The notes below the pieces were generated by a model. It made no database searches. It had not been told where the DNA came from and saw nothing but the letters and a program-made list of their open reading frames with translations. Position numbers and translations under genes: made by a program. 64,000 nucleotides of DNA from Lama guanicoe (Eukaryota), in contig MU053652.1 of NCBI GenBank assembly GCA_013239625.1, forward strand, positions 1,116,001 to 1,180,000, read 5' to 3'. Each line of letters opens with the position of its first letter. The first letter of the stretch is position 1. Shown here piece by piece: positions 1 through 13,947 of this stretch.

Positions 1-1034
1 TTCTATGTTTCTAGTTCCATTGTTGTGTTTTTAAAAGATGTTGTGGATAACAAAGAGTTTTTGGTTGTGTCACCCTAAATAAAAAATTGAATTTCAGTGT
101 GAAGGGATTTGGGTTCCTTCTAAATTTTCAATTCTTTTAAAATAGCCATATTACTTCATTTATATCACGTGCAAGTAAATTTTTACAAAATGGTGGAGTG
201 ATTTTCCATAAAGAAAAGAGTAACAGAAAAGAAATATATTAGTAGTAAAGTGTTTTTGGTGATGATACAAAAGATTGATTTCTTTTTGTTCACCCATATA
301 GTAAAACAATTTTAAGGAAATCAATATGGATTTGTAAAAACATAGAATATATTGTTACAGAAGCCATAGAAAGATCATTTTTAAGGAAAAAGAATGGTCA
401 ACAGTGCCAAATCTAAAAAGAAAATGAGTAATACTGGGACAAACATTGGCAACAGAGTCGTAGCTGGCCTTAATGAAAGCAACTTCAAGGGAGCAGTAGA
501 AGCAGAAGGCAGAAATAAGTGCACGTAGAGTGAACGAGAAGTGAAAAAGTGAAGATTCTGAGTCTGGGTGACTCTTTCCAAAATAAGTCATCCTTCTTCA
601 AAATCAGCCTCTTGGGATAGATGCTGTTTCCTCTGTTCTTATGGAGAAATTGAGGTTTATGCTCCTTAACCCAGGTCATGTGGTGCTAATTACAGAGCCA
701 TTGTTTGAATCCAAGTCTGCCTGGCCCCCAAGCCTATTCTCTCTCAGGATACCATGACTTGTGTGAAGTCTTAGTTGGAAGAGAAGATGAAGGATATGAT
801 TAGAAAACAGAAGTGACCAGGATGCCTTCTGAGGTGCATGTCCAGCCCACAGTTCCCACTCCTGAGAACTTCCTGTAGTCACAGGAGTGGATGGCGATCG
901 CTATGTACCGCATGATCCTGGCATCCCGGCCATACCGAAGGAATTAGGTGAACAATCAGAGAACAATACTGATTGGATTGGAGTAGATCAAACACAAGCC
1001 TAAACTGGGAATTGTTAACAAAATTTTTGTTGAT

Positions 1035-1150
1035 GTATGCACCTCTTTCTCAATTTACAATGTTGTGTCAGTTTCTGGTGTACAGCATAATGTTTCAGTC
1101 ATACACGTACATACATATATAAATCTTCCAGGAATTTTTATTAGAGCTAC
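1035..1150 (-). mobile_element. Short L1 3' tail fragment
   Basis: tacaatgttgtgtcagtttctggtgtacagcataatg is the reverse complement of the L1 3' end seen repeatedly in this window. Confidence 0.75.
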
Positions 1151-1159
1151 AAGACACTA

Positions 1160-1510
1160 GTACTTTGTTTCAGATGGCCGCTTGAACTGAGGATTAAAAT
1201 GGGTCGAGGCAGCCATATTTGTCCACGTGCACCTGGAGAGGCAGAGAAAGCTGATTAAGAGAGAAAGATGGACTAAAGAAGACAGAGAAGGAGCTAGAGA
1301 TGGGAAGAGGTGGGGAGAGGGAGAGAATGCAAAGTGACGGTGAGGACAGTGGGCTCCAGAGACAGAAAGGGACTGAGTGAGGCAGAAGAGGAGCTGCTTT
1401 GACTCGGATAGCTTTCCAGCTCTGGTTCTAGAACGTTTTAGCTGCACTTGTTCCTAACTGAGCTAGTTCGAGCGAGTTTCTGTTACTGCCAACCAAATAG
1501 TCTTGAAGGA
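1160..1510 (+). mobile_element. Old MLT1-type (ERVL-MaLR) LTR fragment
   Basis: Ends gctagttcgagcgagtttctgttactgccaaccaaatagtcttga, resembling MLT1 3' termini. Confidence 0.5.
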
Positions 1511-3794
1511 GGCAAGAAGGTAAAGAATTTAGTCACATCAAGGGAAGACTGATGGAGGTATGAAAGCTAAAGGATTACCTCCCATCACCATGCCACTGGG
1601 CCTGCTACTTATCAGCAAGTCATTGGACGGACTGCTTATCAACTGGCAGGTTCCAATTCCACTTCATAGAAAACAGTCTCCTGAGAAATTCATTTCTGAC
1701 CCCTCTTCCCAGGTGCTTTCCTCACTCTCTGACAAGGCCAAGAAGACTTCAGCACATGAAAGTTTTTGAAAAGGATATAATTGGAGCATCTGTAATCTAA
1801 AGTCAGCTATGGGCCCTTGAGGCCCTTCTGAAACTGCAATGACTTTTCCTTTCTTAAGAGGAACCTGTGAGGAGTCCCAGCCTGCTGTGCAATTGACAGC
1901 ATGAGCCATACTGCAATGCTTCCCAGTCTTTGAGGGCTGTATGTTTGCTCCCAAGTTCCCTTACTGCTCTTTGAGTTGGGTTTGGAGAACTTAGGGTTTC
2001 CATGACTACCAGGTCTCCAACTTTCAGGCAGCAACTGGAGAAAGAAGAAAGTATAGAATTCTGGTGTCAAATTTTTACTACGTGGAGAATTGGCTTTGGG
2101 ACCCCAGGTTATTCCTTCATTCATCATGCATCATCATAGTTCTCTGGAAAAGTCACATGTAATTGATCGATTGGTTAGAAGAGTGATGATAAGATCCCAA
2201 CTTAAAACTGTAAGTCAGTCAGTCATTTAACATTATCTGGTTCAGGGTGACAGCTGTTAATCCAGTCAAATGCTTCTTAAATTGCTTGCTATTAATACAT
2301 CAGCATCCATTGCATCCAACAATTCATCAGCATAAATATTTGAAGATTTCCTCACAGGGCATGACCCATCCTATAGCAGATTGGAGGCACCATCTTACCA
2401 AAAGCATGGAGTAATTTCATTTTTCTGATCCTCTCCCATAAGGACCCCGTGGCTGTGGAGTTTTCCAGTGGAGAACTGATAATTCAGTGCAGTGGATGAA
2501 CTGGAGTATGACACAGATGCTCCCCCTTGACGCATTTTTTACCCTCAGCCAGCACTTTCCGCACATTAGATCGCATCCTCTGAATAACGAGCATCTAGTG
2601 TCCAAACCCATGTGTGCAACTTGACCGATGTAGATTTAAATGCTACATTGCATTACAAAGTACTACATGTCACCCTGGGTTGTGTTCGCCTCCATCATGG
2701 CTTAGGCTGATGGGCTGCAACATAACAGGATGTGGCAAGCTGGGTGATGTATAATGCAGTGTTATGTGTCCTGCCTGCAAAGCAGTGGGTTCTCAGTGGG
2801 AGCAGCGCATCACAACAGAAAGCCTGCTTTCCACTGATGCTGTGTTTGTCGGTGGACTGAGGGGAGCTGGCTCGCTGGGGTAAAGGGCTCTCTCAATACC
2901 TTAGAAACCATGGCTCAGTTCAAAGTTGCATTTTACCCAATTTGATCAGCAAATGCCTCCAGAAAGCGAAGCCTGTGAGCCTCAACCTAAAGCCACCTTG
3001 GGGAAGGGAGGCGCTGGGAACTAACTGCACGTCTGTGGTTAGAAAGAGGCGTCCTGGAAATCTTGGCCTTTGCCTCGACTTGTGAGGGCAACTTCCCAGA
3101 TAGCCTCCGGGGTATTTGCCAGGTTTGCATTTCACTCTGAATGTGATCAAGTCATTGAGGCCAAAATGTCTACATGAGGCTACTATTGGCCTAGAGGTGG
3201 CCACTTTGTACATTAGGAAAATGCACCTCTTCCTCTAGCAGGTGCCGAAATAATGGGCTGCATTTTCTGACGATAACCACTTGCTATCCAGAGCAATGCT
3301 CAGCTCCTGGTCACTGGAAAGGATCTCTAACCAGACTCATCCCAGAAGACTTCCGTGGTCAGGCTGTGCTTGTGTCTTGCCCATTGGTATTGTCTCCTGG
3401 ACACACCTATCTCCAGGCAGGGCCCGTTTTAGAGAAAACTGACACAGAAAGGAAGGACATGTTTTAAACTGCAAGCGGTTCACAGCACCCACTTCTTGGG
3501 GGCAGGACCAAAGCACAACCATATATGTCCCCAACAGTGAGGAGGAGGTCGTGGGCTCTCAGTGCAAGACACCAAATCATGATTAATGAATGAGGTGCTG
3601 GTGTTTATAAATAATTGGCTTTCCTAGTTATGAAAAAAGTGTTTATGAAAGAAAAATAGAAAAGTACAAAAAGTATGAAGTAGAAAATGAGAGTCATCCA
3701 TAATCCTGCCACTCAGAGATAAAAACTATTAATGTTCTGGTGTATTTTCTTCCAACTTTTGTTAGAGACATACAGAATCACAAAAAAAATTCTT

Positions 3795-3965
3795 AAGATA
3801 TATATTACATATAAATATATAATGATTATGTTTTGTATTATAATTATATATTATTATATGTATTATAATTATATAATACATAACATATATAATAAGTATG
3901 TTATTTTATATAAATATATATATAATTTTGTGCCTTTCTTTTTTCCACATAATATAACATTATTA
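3795..3965. repeat. AT-rich low-complexity tract
   Basis: Degenerate TA/TAT runs. Confidence 0.8.
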
Positions 3966-4597
3966 ACATTTCCCCATGATTTACTTTGGATAAATTACTG
4001 TCATGGGAATTACTAGGTCAGAGGGGCATTTGTAAATCATGCAATACATGGGGTCAAATTACAAGAATACTGTCTGGTTTTGGAGTCTTAAGAATCTCAC
4101 AGACCAGTCAAGAACAATCCATCATCTTCCCCTGAGAGGGGCTCAAGTTCATCACTGGAACCAGCCCACAGAGGCTGGAGGCTGAGAGCGCCACTTGCAC
4201 CTCATTCTCTGAGTCGCTCGAACAGTAAATATTTCCACCCCCAAGTCTCAGTGTCCACTTCAGTGAGATGAACTTAAAAATGACTCTCCCAGGATTCCTA
4301 AGATCTAGTTGAGAGGATTGCCAGACACCCAGGATGGGCTCCCAGACTTCCTCCCACTTATGCTCCACCATTCCTGGCTTTCCCCGAAGCAGGTCTTTTC
4401 ATGTACTCAGTTCTTCTGCAGACTGGGGATTGAGGTCTCGGTGAGTGGAGGAGGGTCAGGAGGAGGAGTGAGGGATGAGTGACAGAGGGAAAACGTTGCA
4501 GAAGCCTCGTGCTCTGCCCCATTTCCTAAAGTCTTTCTCAATTCCCTGAGACTTTTCTTGGGAAAAGTTGGAAGTAAAACAAAATTTTCCATTAAGC

Positions 4598-4705
4598 CTG
4601 TCCAGTGCAGTAGCCATTAGCCACATGTGGCTATTTAAATTTTTATTAAATAAATTAAAATGAAATACAAGAAAATATTCACTGCCTCGGTCTCACCAGC
4701 CAATG
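4598..4705. mobile_element. MER3/MER33-like hAT-Charlie DNA transposon fragment
   Basis: gtagccattagccacatgtggctatttaaattt...aattaaaatgaaat motif; a related copy is at 21130-21335. Confidence 0.7.
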
Positions 4706-6664
4706 CATGAGGTCAGGTCCTTTGTTGATGTTTTGGTCTATATTTTTTCCAAGGTCATGCTTTCATCTAGCAAAGCTGCTGAATGATTTCCGACAAAGAT
4801 GTTCAGAATAGTATGAAGAAAAATGAAAATTTGTGCAGAGCATGGAGGGGGCCTATGCTGGGGTTCGTGGCCTCACTGCAGTTCTAAAGGCTTCAAGAGA
4901 ATTAGATCAGATATCTGTGTAGCTTCCTGTTTTAGATTCTAAAATGTCAAAAATTGTGCATAGTTCAAATTCCTCATTCTGTGGTTGAAGTTTGTTTCTT
5001 CTTTTTACTCAGAAGAAATGGAAATGGTGAATTTTCATTCTTGAAAAAAAAATTTAAAACTTGCGAGTTTTAAGTCTTTACCCAAATGTTATGCAGATTT
5101 ACCGCCCAGAGTACATCATCCCTTTTCTCTCACTGTCCCCCCAGGTGCTTTTTCCCAAATCAAATTGCTCCTATTTGTTTCTGAAACTCCTCCAATTTAC
5201 CCAGGCTCACCCTTCAGTAAATATGCTGGACTAAATATGGTCTCAACCACTGCTGGTTGGATTCAACCAAAACTTCCCCAAGGCTATACAATTTCAATTG
5301 GCCCATTGGTTTTTCTCTAACCTGGAGCCTAACACCTGTTTTTCTGTCACTGTTACCTCTGATCAGACCCCTCTATTAAGAATCTCTTAGCATTCAACTG
5401 TTGCAAATCTATCATCTATAGGAATTATTATTGCAAATATTTGTTTCAATTAATTAGCGATGGCCTTACGATGAAGCCTGACTGCATTTTTCTATTGTAA
5501 CCATGTGGTAGTTCTAGCCCCAGGGTGATGCACAGCCCAGCAACACTCCTTAACGATCTTCTTAATTACACAGTTGGGGTAACCATTCTGTCTAAAAAAT
5601 CTGCCTCGTAATTACAAAATCACCAGCTCAGCCAGCCGTGTTGAACCATCAATCGCTTGTATTCAACTGTGTCCTTAAATTGTGCTCTGTCTTCTCTCCA
5701 AATGACAGGAAAGTTCTGGAAACTGGTGCATGTGGGGTGCAGCTGCTCTGGTAATAAATGTCTGCCTCTCTTTGCCCAGGGCTGCTCCACCGCTGAGCTG
5801 ATTCCTTTACCTCCTGTCATCTTTTCCGCGGCAACAGCCTCAGAAACACAGAGGAATTCAGCCCCTAATTTGAATCCATCTACAAAAAGCTAGTTGCAGT
5901 AATTTAGCATAAGCCTGAAAAAGTAATGACAGCCCCTCAGATTGACTGGCTTGGTTCCTTGGATGCATAAACTGTTGTTGAAATGGCCACTTCACTTGCT
6001 CCCGTTTATTAGCCAGACTTGTGCCGTCAGGTCCAAAATCCACGTGTTTCCCTCTGCTGTTCTGTGTACTGCACTGAGTCGCGATGATCTGTGACCATGT
6101 TGGTCTCCTCCATTGTACTAGGAGTTCTGGGATGTAGCATCCAGCACAGTGACTGGCCCGTAGCACAGGCTCCGTGCGTCTTTGTGGTCAAATGTCGGCA
6201 AATGAAAAGCCTGAAAATTTCTTAATTTCTCTGCAATGTCACACCTTTTCACTTTGAATACTCCTGCTGGTACACTTGTCCTGACTGTGGTGGACATGAG
6301 GAAACCTTGAGGTTCCCGTGTGAAACTTGAGGGTCTGGTTGGTGGAGCTCCTTCTTGACATCAAGGAACTACTGTTTGGCTGGGTAATGAGAATTCCTAG
6401 CATCTTGGGAATTCTCAACATGCTCTTCTCTTACTTAATCCAGGGAATCATTGTGCCCTCCCCCATACTGCAAAACATATTGCTTGTCTAGGTGCCCTTC
6501 GGGAACCAGTGGCCCCAGGAACCATGGCATGATGGATTCTGAGAACTTGTATCTCAGTCAAACACCTCTTCTTATGGAAACCCTGCCTTCTAGAGCAGTG
6601 GAGACTGGCTAGGAGCTTTTCTTCACATTGTGGGTGATGTGGTTTGAATTAAAAGAGAGACTTA

Positions 6665-9190
6665 GAGCGACAGGGACCCTCACTCATTGCTGGTGGGAAT
6701 GCAAAGTAAGACAGTCACTTTGGAAGACAGTTGGCAGTTTCTTGCAAAGCTAAACATAACCTTTCCATACAATCCAGGAGCAGTGCTCCTGGGTAATTAC
6801 CCAATTGATCTGAAAAGCTATGTTCACACAAAACCCTGCACATGAATGTTTATGCAGCTTTGTTCCTAATTGTCAAAAACTGAAAGGAACTAAGATGTCT
6901 TTCAAGAGTTGAATGGATAAACTGTGGTACATCCATATTACGGAGTATTAGTCAGTGATAAAAGAAATAAGCTATCAAGCTGCCAAAATACATGAAGGAC
7001 CTTAAAGCTCCTACGTGAAAGAAGCCAGTCTAAAAGTCTACCTATTGTATGATTTCAAATTTATACCTTTCTGGAAAAGGCTAAACTATATAGACAGAAA
7101 AACAGTCAGTGGTTTCCAGGGGCTCAGGTGAAAGAAGGGTGGGAAGAATGAATAGATGAAACACAGGGGATTTTTTAAGGTGATAAAATGATTCTATAAT
7201 AGATACAGGACATTACGTATTTGTCAAAACCCCTAGAACTTTAGAGCACAAAGAGTGAAGCTTAATGTATGTAAATTAAAAAAAAATCCATTTAGGGGGT
7301 TGAAGTTCCCAGGAAGAAATGCAGATTATAACAAGAGAATCTAAACATCTGAATCTCACTGAAGGGGGTGGGGGAAATGGTGCTGACCTAAGTACCTCTG
7401 GAAGACGCTGCACAGAAGCACTATTTTCTCTTATATAGTAAGAAATATGTATCCGGTCTCTGTCCCAGGTCCTGGCATAGAACTCCTAAAACTCTTGGAA
7501 TTTCCAGATTGATAGAGTGAGAGGGATTTTTGTTATTCATAATATGCCCCTTTCGACCATGCCTTTGTTGTTGCTAACAAGGTGATTCTTGGGGGATGGG
7601 GGCTGGTTGCTAGAAGAACCAACCAGGCAATTAGAAAGCTGGAAACTTCAGCCCTTCTTGCCCCTCACACTTTCTTCCAGAGAAGAAAGAGGGCTGAAGA
7701 TGGAGCTAATCACTAACGGCCAATGATTTAATCACCCGTGCCCGTATAATGGAGCCTTCAGAAGAACCCTAAACCACAGCGTTTGGAAAGCCTCCAGGTT
7801 GGTGAACACATCGAGGTGCTGGGAGGCTGGCACACCCTGAGAGGGCATCGAATCTCCACACTTATCCCTCCTACCTCGCCCTGTGCATCTCTTCCATTTG
7901 GATGTTCCTGACTTGTATCCTTTATAATCAACTAGTAAAGTGAGTACAGTGTTTCTATGAGTTCTGTGAGCCATTAAGGCAAATTATGGAACCCAGGAGA
8001 GACTTGTGGGAACCTCCTATTTGTAGCCAAGTCAGACAGGAGTGCTGATGACCTTGGGACCCACTGCTTGCAAATGACATCTGAAGTGGGCAGTCTTGTG
8101 GGCTCAGCCATTAACCATGGGGTTACTCTAGGTAGTTAGCTTCCGAATTACTTAATATGAGGGAAAATCGCACATGTTTGGCATCAGGCATGTCCTGTTG
8201 GTAGAGGAAATAATTTTCCTTTCCACAAGAAATACATAAGAGAAGGCTAGAACGCCTTGTAATGCCAGAAAGTGAGAAAATGCACACACAAACACACACA
8301 CACAAACACGCACACACAAACACATTGATGGGATGTGTCCAAGAGGCACAGAAGCCAAATGAAAATCTTCCAATGGCCAAAGCCGGGGCAATTTGAGCAG
8401 TGAGATAGAGTAGTATTGAATAATAACCCAAAGTAGAAAATAAGTATCCATGAACTCATGCTAATATAATAAGTGACTGAATAAAATAAATGGAGGAGAA
8501 AAAAACTTCCCATGCAAAAGAATTCCAAATAATTTCCGCTGATACTTCGCCTTCGAGGAAATGGAGCATAATTCTCCTATTTTTAGATGTCACACATAAA
8601 TAACTTCCTTCCAAAGAGAACAGCAATGGAAAAGGGGAAAAATAACTTTACAGTGTAGAAAACTAACAAAAACCTTACCTCAGCCAGGTAATCAAGGTCA
8701 ACACAATAGTCATAAATCATGTTGATAGTAGGTACTCTTGATATGATGTGATAAAAATGGTACTTACTCCTGTGGTTTTCCTCCCCATAACCTATAACCC
8801 CAGTCTTATCATGAGAAAAACATCCAATTCCAATAGAGTGACATCCTACAAAATACCCGAGCAGAACTCCTCAAAGATGTCAAGGTCATCAGAAACAAAG
8901 ACAACCGAGAAAATGCTGCAGCTAAAACGAGCCTAAGGAAACCTGGTGACTGAGGGTAATGTGGTATCCTGGATGGGATTCGGGGTCAGAAAAAGGCATT
9001 AGAGAAAAACTAAGGCAATCTGAAACAACTGTGGACTTCAGTTCATGTTATGTATGTGTCAATATTGGCACATTAACCATAACAGATGTACCACACTAAC
9101 TGAAGTTGTTAATAGTGGGGAAACAGTGCTCTGTATTAGCTTTTCTATTTTTCTCTAACTCCAAAGCTGTGCTAAAAATAGTCTGTTTAA
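6665..9190 (+). mobile_element. L1MC-type LINE 3' region, split by a MER21-like LTR
   Basis: Degenerate ORF2 end (cattgctggtgggaatgcaaa, cacacaaaaccctgcacatgaatgttta) and long L1MC-like 3' UTR resuming after about 8230. Confidence 0.75.
7432..8227 (+). mobile_element. MER21-like LTR inserted in L1MC
   Basis: MER21-like motifs ggccaatgatttaatca, ggtgaacacatcgaggtgctgggagg and tgagttctgtgagcc. Confidence 0.75.
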
Positions 9191-9204
9191 AAAGGGGGAA
9201 GAGG

Positions 9205-9782
9205 CTCTGTGGCCATCAGGGCTACATCCTGGTCCCCTTCACTTGTGCTTCCACATGCTGGGAATCTTACAGCCCGTCTGCTTTGCCCTCTTACCTTCGG
9301 GTAGGATGCAGAGTGAGGGTGGCTGTACCGTTTGCCCCTCCACGTTCACTCATCACCCGTCTCTGTGCCTCCAGAAGTTGCCCGTTATGAGCTGCACCAA
9401 GTGGGTTCCTTTGCCCTCTGACTTCTGCTGGGTCTGCAAGTGGAAGTCAGGAGATGAAAAGGTGGAAGGAGAGAGAAGCTGGGGCATTTATTAACCTGGT
9501 GCCCCTACTGCTTGGTTGTGGGCTATCCGTGACTGTGTTGTGTTGTCTAAGGCCAGCTCTCCAGCTGAGTGGCTCTCTTGAAATTTCCCTAACCACTCCC
9601 TCCTCTTGCTCCTTCAGGCCTAGGCTGGTAACTGATGCTACTGACATTCAGATATTTTATTATCACTTATTGGTTTCTTTTAACACTGCCTACTCCTTTG
9701 TAAGTAGCCCCTTTATTAAACTCATCCCAATTTCCCCGCTTGAGTGGGCCACCTGTATCCTGCCCTGATCCTACTGATACTC
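9205..9782 (+). mobile_element. ERVL LTR, LTR16/LTR33-like
   Basis: 3' end ccctttattaaactc...tgagtgggccacctgtatcctgccctgatcctactgatac resembles LTR16/33 termini. Confidence 0.6.
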
Positions 9783-10397
9783 AGGGTGTCAGGGCCCAAT
9801 CACCAGCAATGCTCCCTTGTGTGCTTGACCCACCCCCTGAAGTCCTGCAGACCCACTAGCCTGTAACCCACATGTGTCTCTGAGAGAACCTGAGAAACTT
9901 GCATCCTCTGACACTCTGAAGCCCGCCCTGACTGGCCCAGTGCGTGCAGACCAGGGAGAAGCCGGAAGATGAGAGATGTACTTAATCTCGCAACATAAAC
10001 TAATGGTGACTAGCACTCTCACTACTCACCTGGGTCTTCATTTGAAAAATAGGGTGATTGCCAAAGGCCTCCCTCATTTCTCTCTATAGGAATTGCTAGT
10101 GATTAGAAAAGTGAAGTCATCAGTAAGCTTGAAGAAACACACTCACATTTTGGTAATCTCTTCTCCTCATTATAAAAGTAGTATATCTTCGGCAGTGTCA
10201 AATTTTTTCCAATAAGCATATATTCATGCATCACTATTGTAATTAAAAGGCTATAAAAAGGATAAAGATAAAAGTAATATATACTGATTTTCAAAAATGT
10301 GAAAAATATTTTTAAAATGTAAAGGCGAAGATAAAAATGACCCCCAATGCTGGTGTGTTGAAAGAACATGAGAATTCTCAGTTTAAAAATTGGCTCT

Positions 10398-10966
10398 GAA
10401 ACAACCTAAACGTCCATTGACAGAGGACTAGATAAAGAAGTAGTGGTATATTTATGTAATGGAATACTACTCAACCATAAAAAAGAATAAAATTATGCCA
10501 TTTGCAGCAGCATGGATGGACATGGAGATCGTTATTCTAAGTGAAGTAAGCCAGAAAGAGAAAGAAAAATACCATATGATATCACTCCTAGGTGGAATCT
10601 AAAAAAAGAAAAAAAGAGAACACTAATGAACTCATCTATAAAATAGAAACAGACTTGCAGACATAGTATACAATCTTATGGTTACTAAGGGGAAAGAGAG
10701 TGGGAAGGAATAAATTTGGGAGTTTGAGATTTGCAAATATTAACTATTGTATATAAAAATAGATAAAAAACCAAATTTCTTCTGTACAGCACAGGGAACC
10801 ATATTCAATATCTTGTAATAATCTTTAATGAAAAAGAATATGGAAATGAATATATGTATGTATGTGTATGACTGGGACATTATGCTGTACACCAAAGATT
10901 GACACATTATAATTGACTATATTTCTCTCTCTATATATAGTCAGTTCCTCTTCTTTAAAAAAAAAC
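10398..10966 (+). mobile_element. 5'-truncated cetartiodactyl-type L1 (ORF2 end and 3' UTR)
   Basis: atggaatactactcaaccataaaaaagaat...ctaagtgaagtaagccagaaagag...ctgtacacc, with an A-rich tail. Confidence 0.92.
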
Positions 10967-10974
10967 TAAAGCTG

Positions 10975-11320
10975 GCTCCGTCGTATTCTCTATAACCTTG
11001 CACAAGTCACTAAGCTCCTCTGAGCCTCATTTCTCAGAGCTATAAAAGAGGCCACTAATACCTCCCTTGCAGGGTTGTGGGAAGAATTAGGTATAATGTA
11101 AGCATGGCCCGTAGCCTAGTGCCTCACACAGAGTGTCTACGAATAGAGACAGACCTGGGTTTGAATGTCTAGCCTGGCCAATTACAAGCTGCTTGACCTT
11201 TGGAAAGTTAGCTAACCTCTAAGTCTGTAAAACAGGGAGATAAAAATGATAACTATTTCCTAGGGATAAAACGGGTAATTCATGAAAAAATAGCTTATTG
11301 TGGTGACGATATTATTATTG
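10975..11320 (+). mobile_element. Two adjacent MIR fragments
   Basis: MIR core-like motifs caagtcactaagctcctctgagcctca and gacctgggtttgaat...ttagctaacctctaagtctgtaaaa. Confidence 0.65.
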
Positions 11321-12447
11321 CCTTGGCAAGCCCATTGCATTAGAGCTGCTGTCTTCCTCTTGATCAGCAGCAGCAGCTTCATAATTTTACCATCATTAAC
11401 AGCAACAATGATCATCTTAGGAAGGGAATCAACCTTAAAGAGACCCCCCCAGGTCTACTCTTTCAAATGCGGTTTTTAGATATTCAGTAAGACCTGGGAT
11501 GGGGATAGGGGAAAGGGGCCAAATGGGACCCATTCACTGTCCCCAGAGTTACACCTTCAGAGATGTGTTTCTTTAGTCAAAGCCTATTGAAGGCTACCAG
11601 GATAATACAGGCACTCATGGGTCACTGAGCTTTTAAAAGGACTGCTCCGTATGGGTATGGGGCCCGGGACCCTTCCCACCCCTATATCCTCTGACCTGTG
11701 AAACCTGGTAAGAATGAGCAGTAGCAATAGCCTTACACTGAAGGACAAGAAGGAATCTGGTATAAGAGGGAAGAGGGAAGTGAGGTGAATGGTGATACAA
11801 AAGCGGTGCTAAAGGAGAGATGTCAGGAGGGGCTGTCTTTCCTAATTGGTCTCAGCAATGGGGGAAGGTTTGCCAGCTTTCTGTTTATCTGATTTATGTT
11901 TGCTTGCTGAAGAATCCTGTATATTATTTCCTATGAGCCAGGCGCTATTCTAAGCCCTTGACAGCTATTAAGTCTGATACAAACATACACATTTACAAGT
12001 ATAATCACTTGATTATACGTAAGCCTAGGAGTCTCTGACCCTTTTAAAGCAGCAGGTATACCTGTTCTCCCTCACCTCCCCCGCCTTTATTCTCGAGGTC
12101 AACGACATAGCATTTGTGCTCCCCTCCCAACTCCACACCATGCATTCATTAATTCTTTCAAGAAAGATTTACTGAGCACCTGTTCGGTCAGCTCACACTG
12201 ACCTCTTGGAGCTGATATTCCAGTGGAAAGAGACAGGCAACAATTAGTTATAAATAATTGTTCTAGGGAACCCAGCATTGCAGTACGACTAAATTCATCA
12301 GATGGTGTTTCTGAGAGCAGCTTTTGATAGATGTGAAGGTGGCAAAAATTTGAGGACCCGACTTTTGGGGAATGGGGTTATGTGGGGACATGTCAGTTAG
12401 AGGAAGGAAGACTCAGACGGGGTGATGAGAAGTCTAGGCTGTCGCCC

Positions 12448-12926
12448 TGTCGACTGAAATGAATGCGCAGCCTGAAAGTTGAGAGTTATGTTTTATTTGG
12501 CGGGAGGACAGCCTCTCAGGTCGCTCTGAAGAACTGCTCCAAAGAGGTAGGGGAGGAGCCAGGATATATAGGAGCTTTACAACAAAGACCAGCTAGTTGG
12601 AACATTAAAAGATTACTAGTTAACTAAAGAAAACCAGGCATCTCAAGTTAAAGAATTCAGTGCCTTTCTACGTATGGGAGGAAGCAAACATTTGGGCTCA
12701 CTGAATTCATTCCTTTGACAAGCACCTAGCTGTCTAGGGCCAGCATCCCGTCCTTTCTTATTCTGAGTCCCCTCAGAGTGCACCCTTGTGAGTGGCTGCA
12801 GAGGCTGGGCTACAGGCCTGTCCTCACTGGGGGGTGGCGACAGCCTCTGATGACTTGGTTTCAGCATTCTTTGTTTACTGATATGGTTGCAGTATTTTCA
12901 TTCACACTGCAGAATTTCGGTTCACA
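12448..12926 (-). mobile_element. ERV1-type solo LTR (family A), with duplicated 5' terminus
   Basis: TG...CA termini; 4-bp TSD GCCC at 12444-12447 and 12927-12930; full-length reverse-complement homology to 16109-16594. Confidence 0.88.
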
Positions 12927-13791
12927 GCCCATATCACATCTTTGCCTAGAGTCAGCCCCCGGTCCCTGCCTGAAGACTGTGAGGCCTTCGCATCTTTAGG
13001 AAAACAGGCTCTTCCCAACCCCACCACCTTTCTCCAGGAGCTCTTGAATGGGACTGGTACACACACAGCCTCCAAGAATCAGGGTAATGCTGAGCCCAGA
13101 GGCCGGCTGGTTTCAGGAATTCCTTATCTCTTTACCTCCTGTGGGGACTGTTTCAACAAGCCAGAGGGGACCTGGGAATGATAAATTTTCTTAGAAAAAT
13201 CATATTAAAGTTCAATTTGTTAAATCAGCCTCTTGATCTTATCGACGGTGGGCACTTGTTCTAGCAGCAGAACCAGGAGGTGATAAATCCTTGAGGCTGA
13301 GTCCGCAGATGGTTATCCTGACGGAGGACAAAATCAGTGGGGGAATCCATCTAAGGAATGTTCTCAGAGCTTATATAACACCAGGCCGGTGCTGTTGCCT
13401 GATCAGATTGCCATCATTATTTTTCCCCTGGTCTGTGTGTTGTTTCAATAACAAAGCTTTCAGCGGACTGGAATCTTCCTCTTCTGGAGAGAGAAGCAGA
13501 AACACCTGTTACATATGTTCCTGCTTTCAACATCCAAATTCACCCGTTTACTGGGCCATAGTGTTTCTGGGAAACTTGGGGGAACAAGGCTGGGAAAAGA
13601 GGTTGTATTGATGCTGGCAATTAATACAAACCCATGTGATAGAAGTGCTGCTCAGAGAGACTTCGGTGCTAAGGAAAACATCCTAACAGCCTGAGGGACA
13701 TTAAACTGGGGGAGCATCTTGCCTTTTGGGAGACCTCATGGGAAGACGAAACATGAGGTTAAGCAAGTGAATGTTTTAAAAAAGATTGTAA

Positions 13792-13931
13792 GGGGAAGGA
13801 TATAGCTCAGTGGTAGACAGCATGCTTAGCATGCATGAGGTCCTGGGTTCAATTAAAATAAACTTCCATTAAAATAAACAAAAAGAACAAACCTAATTAC
13901 CTACCCTCCAAAAAATTAAAAAGTAAAAAAA
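13792..13931 (+). mobile_element. tRNA-Ala-derived SINE (vic-1-like)
   Basis: A box tagctcagtgg, tgcttagcatgc arm, B box gggttcaa, A-rich tail; flanked by aaaaagattgtaag / aaaaagactgtaag. Confidence 0.88.
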
Positions 13932-13947
13932 TTAAAAAGACTGTAAG

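Noticed and set aside
2330..2640. Non-repetitive-looking segment with a 64-aa minus-strand ORF
   Set aside because: Could not assign it to any gene or repeat family by eye; needs a Dfam or BLAST search.
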